Source: Squalus acanthias (Eukaryota). From it: a stretch of 64,000 nt of DNA. The position numbers and the translations under genes are program-made. The stretch is from the NCBI GenBank assembly GCA_030390025.1, contig JASTWF010000033.1, forward strand, positions 1,552,001 through 1,616,000, written 5' to 3'. The notes under the pieces are model-generated. The model was not told the DNA's origin. It made no database searches and saw nothing but the letters and a program-made list of their open reading frames with translations. Of this stretch, positions 12,438 to 25,255 are shown in pieces. How positions within the stretch are numbered: position 1 is the stretch's first letter; every line of letters starts with the position of its first letter.

Positions 12438-13424
12438 TTAAGTTCTTGTGTTCAAATAAACTGATGGAAATTGATTCTGCATCTGCATATATGGAACTGG
12501 AACAGGAACAGGCCATCGCACCGTGTGAGGCTACATTGAATGTGTGGCTATTGTACAGCTAGCATTAGGGAAAATTATTTAAAACACGCTGGGCCATTGT
12601 ATTGATAATTTAGCTCCATCTAATAACTGTATTTTTTCAATGTAATACGTTGTAAAACACTGCGGTCTGACAGCAGGCACATGCGAACATGATGCAATAT
12701 TTGTGTAGGCGTCATGCTCTGGAACTCCCTGCCTAAACCCCTCCACCTTTACCCCTCCCTCACCTCCTTTCAGACCCTCCTTAAAACAGAAGGCTTTGAG
12801 CAGTTTGGGTCAACCGTCTTACTAGTTTCATATTTGTATAATATAAGGAGCTAAAGCTGACGCCGATCACAGGGGAGAAAACACTAAATATAAGGATAAA
12901 CTCACACATATCAGGCGCAGTGCGGGTCTGGTCAACGTCAAACCCCCTCCTTTCTCATTCAGTGGAGGAAGAAGAGACTCAACGGGAGACAGACGCCAGA
13001 AAGTTTAAATTAATAGAACAACAAAAGTCACAAATATAAGTAACATCTATTTCCAAATCTTATCAATGCGCATTTATTTCACTTTAAATAAAAGCTGACT
13101 GCTATGACTTTGAAAATTAGCACCATGTGGTTTGTGTTCACTAGTGACTTGTATTCCAATGCGTGTCCTTCAAGTTTGCAATTCACTTTGTATTGGATAT
13201 TGAACAGACTTGTATTTCAAGGTGAGAGCACAACGCACCACGTGTAAAGCAACCGACTTGTATAATGACACATGGAGTTTTCCCAACACCTGAGCTACCA
13301 AACCCTTTCAATGCCTTTCAGCGGGTAGAGTGATGACAGAATCTGCAGAATAGGACATTACTCCACCGTCATTGAAAGTTATCGATCATTTTTCTAAGTA
13401 AGGGTCGTGTTCACAATGATCAAG

Positions 13425-13730
13425 TGAAAAAAAAGTTTCTCTATTTTAACCCTATCAATTCCTTTCATAATTCTAAAAGCCTCAATGAAATCACCGCTTA
13501 ACCTTCTAGATTCCAAGGAATACAAGCCTAGTTTATGTAATCTCCCGTCATAATCTAACCATTGGACCCTGGAAACATTCTGGTGGATCTGTGCTGCACT
13601 GCTTCTGAGGCCAATGTCAAACCTTTCTGAGGTGCCGTGACCAGAACTGTACAGAGTCCTCCAGAGGTGATCTAACCAGGACTTTGTACAACTGTAGCAA
13701 AACTTTCTCCTCTTTGTATAACTGCCTCTG
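13425..13730 (-). mobile_element. CR1 ORF2 C-terminal fragment
   Basis: RLHKLGLYSLESRRLSGDFIEAFRIMKGIDRV in ORF 13394-13780. Confidence 0.8.
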
Positions 13731-14272
13731 TACCAGATTATACAGCTCGTGTGATTGGATTGTATAGACCGACTCAGCAAAATAAGGACTCGTTTGATCG
13801 GAATAAAATCTTTAAAAAATTCTATTTGAAATCAATTCATTAATTTTTTTTTTAAGAAACTGTATAAGAATCCCGGTATCCAATTTTAATGTCACTGGAT
13901 CAGGGAACTTCGTCCGTCACCACACACAGTGCATCGACACTGCCGAGGCTCCAGCACCTCTGACAATATTGTTTTTCCAAACTCTCAGTTTTCAAAATGG
14001 AATTGGATAATTACTTGAAAGGGAAACATGTGCAGGGCTGTGGAGAAAGAGCAGGGGAGTGGGATTAATTGGAGCTCTTTCAAAGAGCCGGCACAGGCAG
14101 GTTTAGCGAATTGCCTCCTTCTGTGCTGTGTCATTCTATGATTCTACTAACAGATCAATTTCTGCCATTCTCTACAGCCTTCCTCAATAGAGCACCGAAA
14201 TGCTATTTCTGTAAAACTGATTCATGAAGGGCAGCACGGATGGTGATGTTCCTAAAATCATCTTGCTGCCGT

Positions 14273-14345
14273 ATTTCTGTAGTGCAGTGTTTATCATGTT
14301 TGCTTAACACACGAAATGTCTCTGATTCGGAATCGGGCAGAAGTA
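14273..14345 (+). pseudogene. tRNA-Val(AAC) pseudogene
   Basis: ATTTCTGTAGTGCAGTGTTTATCATGTTTGCTTAACACACGAAATGTCTCTGATTCGGAATCGGGCAGAAGTA is colinear with tRNA-Val-AAC, with many CpG-type transitions; TTTT follows. Confidence 0.8.
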
Positions 14346-14419
14346 TTTTGAGAACTTGTTCAATTAAATATTAGGAAAATAGAATAATTCACATTTATGT
14401 TTAGATATTAAAATACAAT

Positions 14420-15180
14420 GGCCCAAAAATTCGGCAGTTCCCGGGTGAGTACGCGCTCTGTACTCACCCGTATTCATTCCCGAAGTACCGGTTTCCTGCA
14501 TGCACTGCGCATGCGCGGGAAACCGGAACTTCCGGGATGGTGAAGGCGGCGGTTCCTTGGTGAACAGCGTGCGCGCTAGAGGCTGCGCGCACGCAGCACA
14601 CTTAGATTTTTTTTCAGGTTTCAACGCGAGGGTAAGTATTGAAGATGCTACGCTTGTAAAAAGGATGCGTAAGACCCCTTTTGAACAAGGTAAGGAGTTA
14701 ATTAAGTATAATTTTACATTTTTTTCCACATGTTTATCTTTTTTAGATACTTTAAAGAAAGGTAAGTTTATTTTTATTACTTTTAAAAAGTATTTTAATT
14801 TTTTCAAAAATTTAAATTTTTGTTTAAAGTGCTTAATTTATTTAACTATAGTTATTTTATAAATATGATGTTTGTTTTTAAATTTATTTGAAGTTTAGCT
14901 GTTCTTTTGGGGCCGATTTTAATTCACAGATTTGACAGGTCTCCTGTCAAATCTATGAATGAAAGATGGTCTGCTGCCATTGGCTCTCCATGGCCCACGT
15001 GATCCCAGGGGTCGCATCGCACTAACTGTGCCCCTGGAACACGCAAACACTGCACGCCGGCTCTTGGGAGAGGCCCGGGATCCAAGTTCCTGTGGGCCCA
15101 AAACACAATGGTAGGCGCGGTGGGTAAGAGCGCGCGCGATCTTACCCCCGCGGCAAGCCGGCCACGCGAATTTCTAGGCC
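14420..15180. mobile_element. Non-autonomous TIR element (MITE, possibly PIF/Harbinger)
   Basis: Termini ggcccaaaaattcg / cgaatttctaggcc, flanked by aat on both sides. Colinear homologue at 25256-25992. Confidence 0.75.
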
Positions 15181-15269
15181 AATATCTCATAGCTATGTTA
15201 CATTTGCTGTTTCTCTGTTCGTTTCTGTACACATTCAAACTCCACAATTTCTCTGTATCTCTGTGTGTA

Positions 15270-15830
15270 GTATCACTGCAACTATAGAAAACCCTGGTTA
15301 CACCACACCTGGAGTACTGTAAGCAGTTCTGGGCACCACACCTTAGGAAGGATATATTGGCCTTGGAGGGAGTGCAACATAGGTTTTCCAGAATGATACC
15401 CGGAAACGAGGGTTAAGTTACAAGGAGATATTAAACATATTATGCATATATTCACTAGCGTTTAGAAGGTGAAGGGGTGGTCTGATTGCAGTTTTCAACA
15501 TATTATGGGGAACAGATAGGGTAGATAAAGAGAAACTATTTCCGCTGGCTGGGGATATAGGAGTAGGGGCATAGTCTAAAAATTAGATACATACATTTCA
15601 GGTTGAAATTAGGAATCACTGAATTTTGCAACACTCTTCTGCAAAAGACAATTGATGCTAGATCAATTATTACGTTTAAACCTGAGATTGATAGTTTTTG
15701 TTAAATAAAGGTATGAAGCGATATGAAAGGAGGATATGTGGAGCGAGGTTGCAGATCAGCCATGATCTCTTGGAATGGCGGAACAGGCTCGAGGGGCTGC
15801 ATGGCCTCCTCCTGTTGCTATGTTCCGATG
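15270..15830 (+). mobile_element. CR1 LINE 3' fragment, degraded
   Basis: ccacacctggagtactgt...ggcaccacaccttaggaaggatat (PHLEYC..W.PHLRKDI) through a typical 3' UTR. Confidence 0.85.
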
Positions 15831-16599
15831 CTCTCTCAATCGCTCCCGTCACCAGCCCTGACGGTGTAGAAAGTTCCTCTCAAAGCTGCACATTCCGGCT
15901 GATATCAGTTCAATTGTGACAGATGATTAAAGAATCCTGTAGCGCTGCATCGGTCAACAACAGCAGTTCTAAGCCGCATTTCAGACCCGGGAAGAAACCC
16001 ATCAATGATTCTCTCTTCCTCAGCTCCAGAGTGAGTGAGGCCGGGACAAGCAGCAACATTCCGGTCCCACACTCTCCAATCACCCGCTGCCAGCGGAAAG
16101 CTGCGAATGCAGCCTCAATCAGCGGCTTATTGCCCATCCCTGGAATGCAAGCTGCCACGGCCCGGGCCAAATCTCCCCGTACACCCAGCACAGGCTTCCG
16201 AAAAGGCGGGGCGATCATATCCGGGTCACTCAGCCTTCTCGCAGCATTTACAGATACCGGAGTGAGGGAGACTTTATTTGGGCCTCCATGGGGAAACACC
16301 GGGCGGAAACAATTTGTGGGAACTTGCTCATCATGAACGTTTCTACTCGTGTGAAAGGGGAGAAAATCCTTTTAAATTTAACAACGGCTGCAGCAGATTC
16401 CTGGCATCATAATCACTGAGCATTTTTAACCAAACTCTTAAAATACAGTGCGCAAAACGGGAAGGTTAAATATTCAGGACATGCAGAGCAGAAACGCCAT
16501 CACATTTTCTCTTTCACTCGTCAAACAGATGAACATTACGTTCAGTTGCAACAGAAAGTAAAGGGTTTATTGATGGAAATTAATGTAAGTATTCACTGT

Positions 16600-17220
16600 C
16601 TCACAGAGTCGGTAAGGATAATGTGGATCCCTTCAAGATAGACGCAGGCGACATTGTAATTTAAAATAATTAAATGGCAGACATGTTAAACAATTACATT
16701 TTATCGGTCTTCAAATTAGAGGGGAAGGATAAACTACCAGAGACATGGGGGAAACGGAAACTCAATCATAGAGAGGGACTGACTAGATTTAATATGATAA
16801 CTTCCAGCAGACATTTATAAGGTCCCTCACAAGAGTCTGTGAGCAAAAATCAAAGCGCATGGAATTTGAGGCAACGTATTGACACGGGCATGGAGGTAGG
16901 GGGCACAGGGTAGTGATAAATGGTATGTACTCCGATTGGCAGGATGTGACTAGTGGCGTCCCCCTGGGAGCTGGACTGCGGCCTCAGCTTTTCACTATAT
17001 TGATAAATAACTTGGAAGAAGAAATAGTGAACCGGATATCCAAGTTTGCAGATGGCACTAAGTTGGGGGCACAGTATGCAGTGTAGATGGGAGCAGTGAA
17101 TTTTAAAGGGACATTGATAGATTACGTGAGAGGGCAAAACTGTGATTAATGGATTTCAATGTGGGGAAATGTCTGATCATCCACTTTGGACCTAAGAAAG
17201 ACACGTCACTGTATTTTCTA
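16600..17220 (+). mobile_element. Old CR1 RT fragments
   Basis: Degenerate gtgactagtggcgtccccctggga and atatccaagtttgcagatggcactaag (ISKFADxTK) motifs. Confidence 0.7.
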
Positions 17221-17547
17221 AAAACATTGTGTTAGAGAATGATTTTTTTGTGAAATAGCCAATCCTGTTAAATTTAACACATGTTGCTCTAGATACCAGG
17301 AGTCATAAGCACAGAACATTGCAAACCAGGCTCCAAAATACAGTACGTATAATGTGATAGGGATAAATATTCATCGCATGCAAAGGGCAGACTAAATTAT
17401 TTAAGCTTCGACTATCCCTCAGTCCCTTCTTTCATTCTGCAAATGAAACTTATCTGTTAATTAATGAGAATTACAACATTATTTTCCCATTGGATGCAGT
17501 TAGTGAATTTGCTAAGGCTTTGAATTAACAACTGTTGTAATAGTCAA

Positions 17548-17620
17548 TCCGCTCAACGTTGATTGAACCCGAGCCTATAGCGGCGAAAGGGCCGAATCCT
17601 GACCATTAGATCAACAGGGA
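17548..17620 (-). pseudogene. tRNA-Glu(TTC) pseudogene
   Basis: Reverse complement TCCCTGTTGATCTAATGGTCAGGATTCGGCCCTTTCGCCGCTATAGGCTCGGGTTCAATCAACGTTGAGCGGA. Confidence 0.75.
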
Positions 17621-18246
17621 ACGTGGCAACGAATCGTTGGGATAACTTTAAATATAATTGGGTCTATCCGTTTTAGAGGCAATTTGATTTTTGACTTGTT
17701 TCACAAGTAAATGCAATTCATGAATCTACTGCTTGCAGATGTAGTTACATGTATCTGTAATAATTATTCATTTATTAGGGGGCATCTGTCTTCATTCCAA
17801 ACATATTTTGTAAGTTGTCGGGACCTGGAACGCTCGACATGAACAGATGATGAAAGCTGATTGATCAATGATTTTAAAGGAGTTACACAGGTACTTGAGG
17901 ATGAGGAACTTATAGGGTTAGGGACAAAAAGCGGGGTGTGGGAGTAAGCATGGCTGCTCTTTCTAAACCATCACAGGCACGACGGGCCGAATGTCCTCCT
18001 GTGCTGTGAGTTCTATGATTCTATACATACACACCCACAGTTTATATTTTCACACGGCCTTGTTCACAGTTCTAACTATTGCCTACACAACGAAAGTTTA
18101 ATTGATTTTCAAAAGCTGCTCGACCTGTTGTGTGTTGGAGCAGTTTCCTAGTTTACTTTCCTGTGATGTGGTGATTCTGCGGGCGAATGACACGGTGTTT
18201 GAGAAACATTGATGTATGGAACATCTCCTACATTTATCCAAACGGA

Positions 18247-18320
18247 GACCTCTTGGCGGAACGGAAGTGCGCCTGATTTCTTAGATCAAGAAGGCTGCGT
18301 GTTCAAATCACGTCAGGACT
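18247..18320 (+). pseudogene. tRNA-Trp pseudogene
   Basis: GACCTCTTGGCGGAACGGAAGTGCGCCTGATTTCTTAGATCAAGAAGGCTGCGTGTTCAAATCACGTCAGGACT; anticodon arm disrupted. Confidence 0.8.
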
Positions 18321-18769
18321 TTAGCGTTGATTGGAGTCTGGATAATTCTGGAAGAATAAATTAATTGCTTTTTCACAATAAACAGAACCTTGCTATAATG
18401 TCCTTCTCACTAGTTCCCCAGTGTCATGGAGAGAAGCGACAGATGTCCTCATTTATTTAATGTAATAAACAGACACAAACACACGTGTTCAGTAAAGTGG
18501 TCCACACATGTTGATAAACCCTGCCCCCCTCCCCACTCCAGGCCATCTCCCAATGCGCTTCATAGAGATGTGATCAAAAATATGGAAGCCCAATCCTAAG
18601 AAGGAGCTATTAAAACGTTTGTCCAAAAGTCTCCTTAAAGCTAACGGTTTTAAGGAGCATCTTAAAGGAGGAGACGGAAGGTTTTGGGAAGGAAATTCCA
18701 GGCAGTGAGGACATGTTATTGCAGACTATTTGTAGTGTGAAGAGACCGGAGTCATAGAATCATTGAACC

Positions 18770-19395
18770 TCAGGACCATAGAATATTACAGCACAGAATG
18801 AGGCAGTTCGGCCCGTCCTGCCTCTGCCGGCTCTTTGAAAGAACTGTCCAATTTAGTCCAAAACCCCAGATTTTCCCCATAACCCTGCTAATTAGTACCC
18901 TTCAAATACATGTCCAATTGTCTTTAGAAAGTTTCTAGAAACATAGAACATAGAAACATTGATAAATAGGAGCGGGAGTAGGGCATTCAGCCTTCGAGTC
19001 TGCTCCGACATTCAATATGATCATGGCTGATCCTCTATCTCAAAACCATATTCCCACTCTCTCCCCATACCCCTTGATGCCTTTTGCATCTAGAAATCTA
19101 TCCATCTCCTTCTTAAATATATTCAGTGACTTGGCCTCCGCAGCCTTCTGTGGTAGAGAATTCCAGAGGTTCACCACACTCTGAGTGAGGAAATTTCTCT
19201 CATCTCAGTCCTAAATGTACTACCCTGTATCCTGAGACAGTGACCCCGCGTTCTAGAGCCCATAGCCAGGAGAAACATCCTCCCTGCATTCAATCTGTTT
19301 AGCCCTGTCAGAATTGTATACGTTTCAATGACATCCCCTCTCATTGTTCAAAATCTCTTGAATACAGACCCAGTCGATCCAATCTCTCCTCATAT
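18770..19395 (-). mobile_element. Two stacked CR1 3' ends
   Basis: Tails at about 18772 and 18936 (tagaaacatagaacatagaaac); the second closely resembles 1838-2290. Confidence 0.8.
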
Positions 19396-20535
19396 GACTG
19401 TGCTGAAGACTTGTGATCCAGAACTTGCTACACCATATGCAAGCTGTTCCATTACAGCTACAACACTGGCAGCTACCCGACAAAATGGAAAATTGCCCGG
19501 TTATATCCTGTCCACAAAGAAACAGGAACAATCCAATCTGGGCAATTGCCACCCCTTGAGTGTACTCTCAGTTATCAGCAACGTGATGGAAGGTGTCATC
19601 GAGAGTGCGATCAAGCAGCACTTACTCATCAATAACCTGCTCAACGATGCTCAGTTTGGATTCCGCCAAGGCCACGCGGCTCCAGAACTCAATACAGACT
19701 TGTTCCAAACATGGAAAAATAACTGAATTCCAGAGGGGAGGGGAGAGTGACTTCCCTTGAGATCAAGGCAGCATTTGACCAGGTGTGCCATCAAGGAGCC
19801 CTAGTAAAACTGAAGTCAACGTGAATCAAGGGAAATCATACCGAGCACAACGTTAGCTGGTCGTGGTTATTGGAGGCCCAACATCTCAGACAAAGGACAT
19901 CGTTGCAGGAGTTCCTCAGGGCAGTGTCCTCGGCCCAACCATCCTCAGCTGCTTCATCATTAAACTTCCCTTCACAATAAGGTCAGAAGTCGGGATGTTC
20001 ACTGATGATTGCCATTTACAACTCCTCAGATAATGATGGAGTCCATGCCCGAATGGAACAAGACCTGGAAGACATTAAGGCTTGGTCTGACAAGTGGCAA
20101 GTAAAATTCGCGCCATACATGTACCACGCAATGAATATCTCCCACAACAGAGAGTATAACCACCGCCCCTTGACGTTCAATGTTATTACCATAGCCGAAT
20201 CCCGCACCATTAATATCCATTGACCAGAAACTTAACTGGAACTGCCATATAAATACTGCAGCTGCAAGAGCTGGTCAGAGGCTGGGGCTTCTGCTTCTGC
20301 AGCAAGTGACTTACATTCTGACTCCCCTTGAAAGGCCTTTCCACCATCGAATGACACAAGTCTGGAGTGTGATGGGATATTCATCACTTGCCTGAATGAG
20401 TGCAGCTCCAAAAACACTCAAGAAGCTCGGCACCATCCAGGACAAAGCAGCCCGCTTGATTGGCACCTCATCCAGCACCTTTAACATTCACTCCCTCCAA
20501 GATCAACGCACTGTGGTTGCAGTGTGTATCATCTA
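19396..20535 (+). mobile_element. LINE (CR1/L2 group, second family) RT region, degraded
   Basis: VLKTCDPELA, QFGFRQGH, gcaggagttcctcagggcagtgtcctcggccca (GVPQGSVLGP), WSDKWQVKF. Homologous to 51835-52450 on the opposite strand. Confidence 0.85.
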
Positions 20536-20679
20536 CCGGAAACAGAGTTAACGTTTCAGGTCGATCATTTTGCACCATAGAGATGTAACAGGTTTTAAGC
20601 AAGTACAGAGGCAGGGAGAGTTGGGGGGAGCGGGGGGGGACTAAAAGGAAGCTCTGTAATTGGGTGAAAGGCAGGAGTG

Positions 20680-21605
20680 ATCTGAATCTGTCCAATTTCG
20701 CACGGTGGTTGTGCCACACAACATGATGGAGTGTGTTCTCAGTGTGAAGAGGGGATTTCGTCTCCACAAACAATGTGCGGTGGTTACTCCTACTAATTCT
20801 GTCATGGAGAGATGCTACTGGGGCTTATTTAGGACGGATTCAAGTAGGCTTTTCTCTCGTGTTGGTCTCTCACCACCTGCCGCAATTTCAGTCTTGCAGC
20901 TATATCCTTCAGGATTCGGCCAGCTCGGTCAGTAGTGGTGCTACCGAGCCACTTTAAGTGATGGGCATTGAACTCCACCACACAGAGTATATTCTGTGCC
21001 CTGTGGTATTCAAGAGGGAGGAGTAATAATTGATCAGCTGAGGTAGGTGGTAATCTGACGGAGGTTTCCTTGGTGATGGAGGAGTCTGGGACATTGGCTG
21101 AAAGGTATGATTCTGTGAGTATGACTATGTCAGACTGTTGCTTGACGAGTCTGTGGGACAGCTCTTCCAATTATGGCTCAATCCCCAGATGTCAGTGAGG
21201 AGGATCTCACATGGTTGACTGGGCTGGGCGTGCCCTTGCCGTGTTCTAATCCAATGCCTCGTGGTGTGTCCAATTGTATTCTATTTTTGCAACGGTTTGA
21301 TACAACTGATTGGATTGTTAGGCCATTTCTGAGGGCAACATATTTCTGTGGGTCTGGAGTCATATGTAGGACAGAGCAGGTGAGGATGGCATGTTTCCTA
21401 ACATAAGGGGCATTAGTGAACCGGTTGTGTTTATGACAATCTGATGGTTTCATGGCCACAATTACTGATATTCGTTTTTTCTTGCAGATTTATTGAATTT
21501 ATTGAGTTTAAATTCACAAACTGCCAAGGTGGGTTTGACCTCACCTCTCCGGATAATTAGCCCAGGCCTCTAGATTTCTGTGCCAGAAACGTTACCACTA
21601 TGCTA
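20680..21605 (-). mobile_element. 5' part of second LINE family: tRNA-like head, short leader, endonuclease start
   Basis: QQSDIVILTESYL in ORF 20829-21170; 21290-21605 is homologous to 53765-54075. Confidence 0.75.
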
Positions 21606-21774
21606 ACGTAATCTGCTACCTTTTCTGAAATCGTTGATGTTTAGAATCATCGACAGTGCTCATCCATTTATATATCGTAACCTATTGACTATTCCAAATC
21701 ATTGACAGATCCTAGTCCATTGACTTTCCCAATCCATTGATATGACCCAATCTATTGAGTCTCCCACTCCATTC

Positions 21775-22650
21775 AATTTGCAAAAGGTCTTTGATAAGGT
21801 ACCACATTGTAGACTCGAGACTAAGAATCGCACATGTGGAGTCAGGGGACAAGTAGCAGAATTTAAAACAAACTGGCTACACAAAAACAGAGAGCGGGGT
21901 TTCCTCAGACTGGCGGCAGGCCGGAAGTGACGTTCAAAAATGATTGGTGCTGGGACCACTGTGTTCACCATTTGCACAATGTTCTTGGACTCAATAATCT
22001 GAAGTGCACTGTCAAATTTGCGATTGGCACTAAATTGGCAGCTTTAGTTACTGCTGAACAATACTGCGACCACATACAATAAGATGGTAACAAACTTACA
22101 GGATGGGAGTTTAAATGGCAATTTAATTTCAATATAAAAATGCGTGTGGTGTTTTATTTTGGGAAGAGAAATAAGATGGCCACATACTCCAACAGTAAAG
22201 TTATATTACACTTGTATTGTACCTTGGTTAGATCACACTTGGTGTACTGTGCACAGATTGTACTCAATATTACAAAAAAGGATATAGAGGCACTGGAGAA
22301 GGTGCCACCAAGACTGGGCTTGCGGCAGGTGGTGAGAAAAACAACACGAGGGAAAAATCTACTTGACTGAGAGGTTTTAACTTTCAAGAACGACTGAACT
22401 GGCAGTGAACCTTTCCTCTAGAAAAGAGAATTCTGAGGGGCGACCTAATGGAGAATCCAGAATTATCAGGGGGAAGTATTAGAGAAAATATTCATGATTG
22501 TGGGGTACCCGAAATAGTGCTGATACATATAAGATAGTCACTAATAAATCCAGTAGGATTTCAGGATTAACTATTTTCCCAGAAAGTGGAACTCGCTGCC
22601 ACATGGAGTATGTTGAGGCGAATATCATTAATACATTTTAAGGGAGGTAG
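21775..22650 (+). mobile_element. Old CR1 RT fragments
   Basis: LQKVFDKVPH and LYCTLVRSHLVYC motifs, heavily decayed. Confidence 0.7.
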
Positions 22651-22827
22651 AAAAGTAACGAATACCAATCAGAACCCAGCTCCGTGTGGCGAAAGATGAA
22701 TTCAGAAACTAACATTGCAAATGTCTGACATCAGGGTATGGCATCTGGAATATGGCACCTGGTGGGAGACATCTGGAGTATGACACCTGGAGAGGTATGT
22801 CCGGGGTCACTGATGATGCGTGGAGGT

Positions 22828-22899
22828 GTTGCGGCGATCCAGCGTTAATCAGTCGGTCTTATAAACCGCAGAGCGCGTGTTCATCCCCTGTCCGTGCTA
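22828..22899 (+). pseudogene. tRNA-Thr(CGT)-derived pseudogene (anticodon now TAT)
   Basis: GTTGCGGCGATCCAGCGTTAATCAGTCGGTCTTATAAACCGCAGAGCGCGTGTTCATCCCCTGTCCGTGCTA is colinear with recalled tRNA-Thr-CGT (GTCGGTCTCGTAAACCG...GTCCGTGC). Confidence 0.65.
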
Positions 22900-23604
22900 C
22901 TGTTAGTTTTCAATATTTAAGGCGATGTTTAAGCTGCACCTCCTCAAAGACAGTACATCCTTCCTGAGGTGCAGTGCCATACACTGAATGAAGCATTCTA
23001 GATGGGGTCTCAACAAGCCTCGTTACAATTGAAACATAACGTGCCCCACTTAGTATTCCAGCCCACTTCAGATAAACGCCAACATTCCTTCAGCCTTGTT
23101 GAATGGACCTCCAGCAACTTACTCATCAAACATTAAATCGAATGGGATCCTGCAGGCCACTCACAACCTTTATCTTAGCGACTTTGTAGTGCAGTAGAGT
23201 ATGTTAGTATTTGCGATTTCCAGAGTGAAATTTTAGGAACAGGGCAAGTCTGCTTTCTATTATATACAGGCCTGAGGTATAGGCTGTTCGATCCTGAATT
23301 GAAATATGTAAACCGCTGAAACTGTTGACGTCAGCACCAGAAGTTTAATTACTCTTTTCATGTTAACAATCCTATGACAAACACACAGAGATCCCAGGAA
23401 TATCCGGGACCTGAATGTGTGCGAGACACTGCTCTTAATCCACTCGATAAGGTGGACCATGTCGAGCTGCTTCACCTTGCCCAGAACAGTAGAACCAGAG
23501 GACACGACCTGAGATTGAAGGGGGTAAATTCAAAACTAATCTCTGGAAACATTATTTCAGTAGCGACTGTCTATCTATGGAACAGGCTTCCATCTAATCT
23601 TTAT

Positions 23605-24002
23605 AACTCAAATTAGAGGACAGGGGAATTCAGGGGCACACTCTAAATGTTTAATTAGAAACAGAGGACAGGGGAATGTGGCAACAGATATTAGAAAAAG
23701 GACCAGCGGAACACTTCATTTAGAAGTAGGGGACAGGTAAAGACAGCAAATGTTCAATTAGATATCCAGGACAAGGGGATTCAGGGTAATAAATTAACAG
23801 TCTAATTAGAAACATAATAAAAGGAGACATGGGGTAACACAGTAAATAACTGTTTTTTTAGAACTAGGGAGCTGGGGAGACAGTAAATGTTTATTTAGAA
23901 ATAGAAGAGACGGGAATGTCAGGGAAACACAGTAACTGTTTAATTAGAAATATAGAAACACAAGGAAATACAACAAATGGTTAATTAGAAACGGGGGACG
24001 GG
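23605..24002. repeat. Degenerate minisatellite, about 40-50 bp unit
   Basis: Recurrent (tgttt)aattagaaa...gacaggggaa motif, about 9 times. Confidence 0.65.
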
Positions 24003-25255
24003 AAATCACAACCACATCAGATTGAATGTGACCCGGTAATGTAATGGTTAATTATTCATGCCTTTGCTTTTTATTTTACATATTATTTTTGGATGATGTG
24101 GTTGATTACACATCGCCTTCTCACGTTTGTATCTGGGTGCAGAACATCGCTGACTGATGGAATTGAAACCTCTGCCTGCTGCCTGACTCCTGCCTTAAAT
24201 ACTGTTGGCCGTCAGAATCCAGTTAAATGAGTATGTGTCTCTTACACAGAACTGCCCGCAGCTAATGAGCAATTTCCCAGAAGCTGGACGCCAGCCGGAT
24301 TGGCAGAGCCCGGGCTCCACGGGGCCCTGCAACCAAGAGGATTTTGGTTTTGGAGAACGTCTGGGTCAAGTGGAACGTTAAAGAGTGACGGGTAAAGCGG
24401 GCTCTTAATCACAGTTAGTAAATGAAGCCCATTCACAATTAAAGTACAAAGGCTATTGTCCGCATAAGCTTTTCAATAAGGTTCTTGAACATTGGAGTGA
24501 GTTGCCATAGGGTTATTAAGCACATAATACATGCAATAGTTCTTACACACACAATCAAAATGTAAAAATTAGAACCACACCTGATGATGGTTCGTGTGGT
24601 GACCCAAGCATGTCGCAGTCCTGACCTCAGTATCTTAGGATTTTACCAAACCGAATAATCTTTCAAAACTGTAAGTTTTTATTCATTTTTCTCACTCCCG
24701 GTACATGAAAATCCTCACAATTCTGCATTACACAATTATATCAAAGTTAAAATAAAACTCCGCGTAAAGATAATTTAATTGATTTATCTGAAAGATAATT
24801 TCACACATATAATCCAATGGTACCAAGTGAAACCTTTATTCGTGAGACTGTCTGTCTCTGTATCTAAAGTACTATGTGAAAATGATGATGTTCTCCAGAT
24901 GTTTTCCTTTGCAAAACTAACTCTCTTCCCAAACTGTTACCAGAGGAAGAAAGTTCCCTGCAATTGATGAATCTGTTTGCAATGATATGTGTTTAATTAA
25001 ATCGCTTATTACTTCATCCTGAAACTGACCATTGTTGCAGGGTCAGCTCTGGCCCATTAGCCAAGTGGTACTTTAAATAGACTTGTACTTCCTGCTTAAC
25101 AATAAAATACTAAAGATTAACATTACCACAATAGAAAGAAAAAAGAGAAAACAACACAGTATAATATTAGCGTACGTCAGGCTAGTCTGATTAACCCTTT
25201 CCTTACAGCGCACTGTTTGTTTACGTTAGATTATTTCAGGTCAACACTAAACAAT

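Noticed and set aside
15910..16336. Overlapping ORFs on both strands in a GC-rich patch
   Set aside because: No recognisable protein motif or splice structure; left unassigned.
22828..22899. Functional tRNA-Ile(TAT) by anticodon switch
   Set aside because: Body is Thr-type with broken D-arm and T-loop; CG to TA fits mutational decay.
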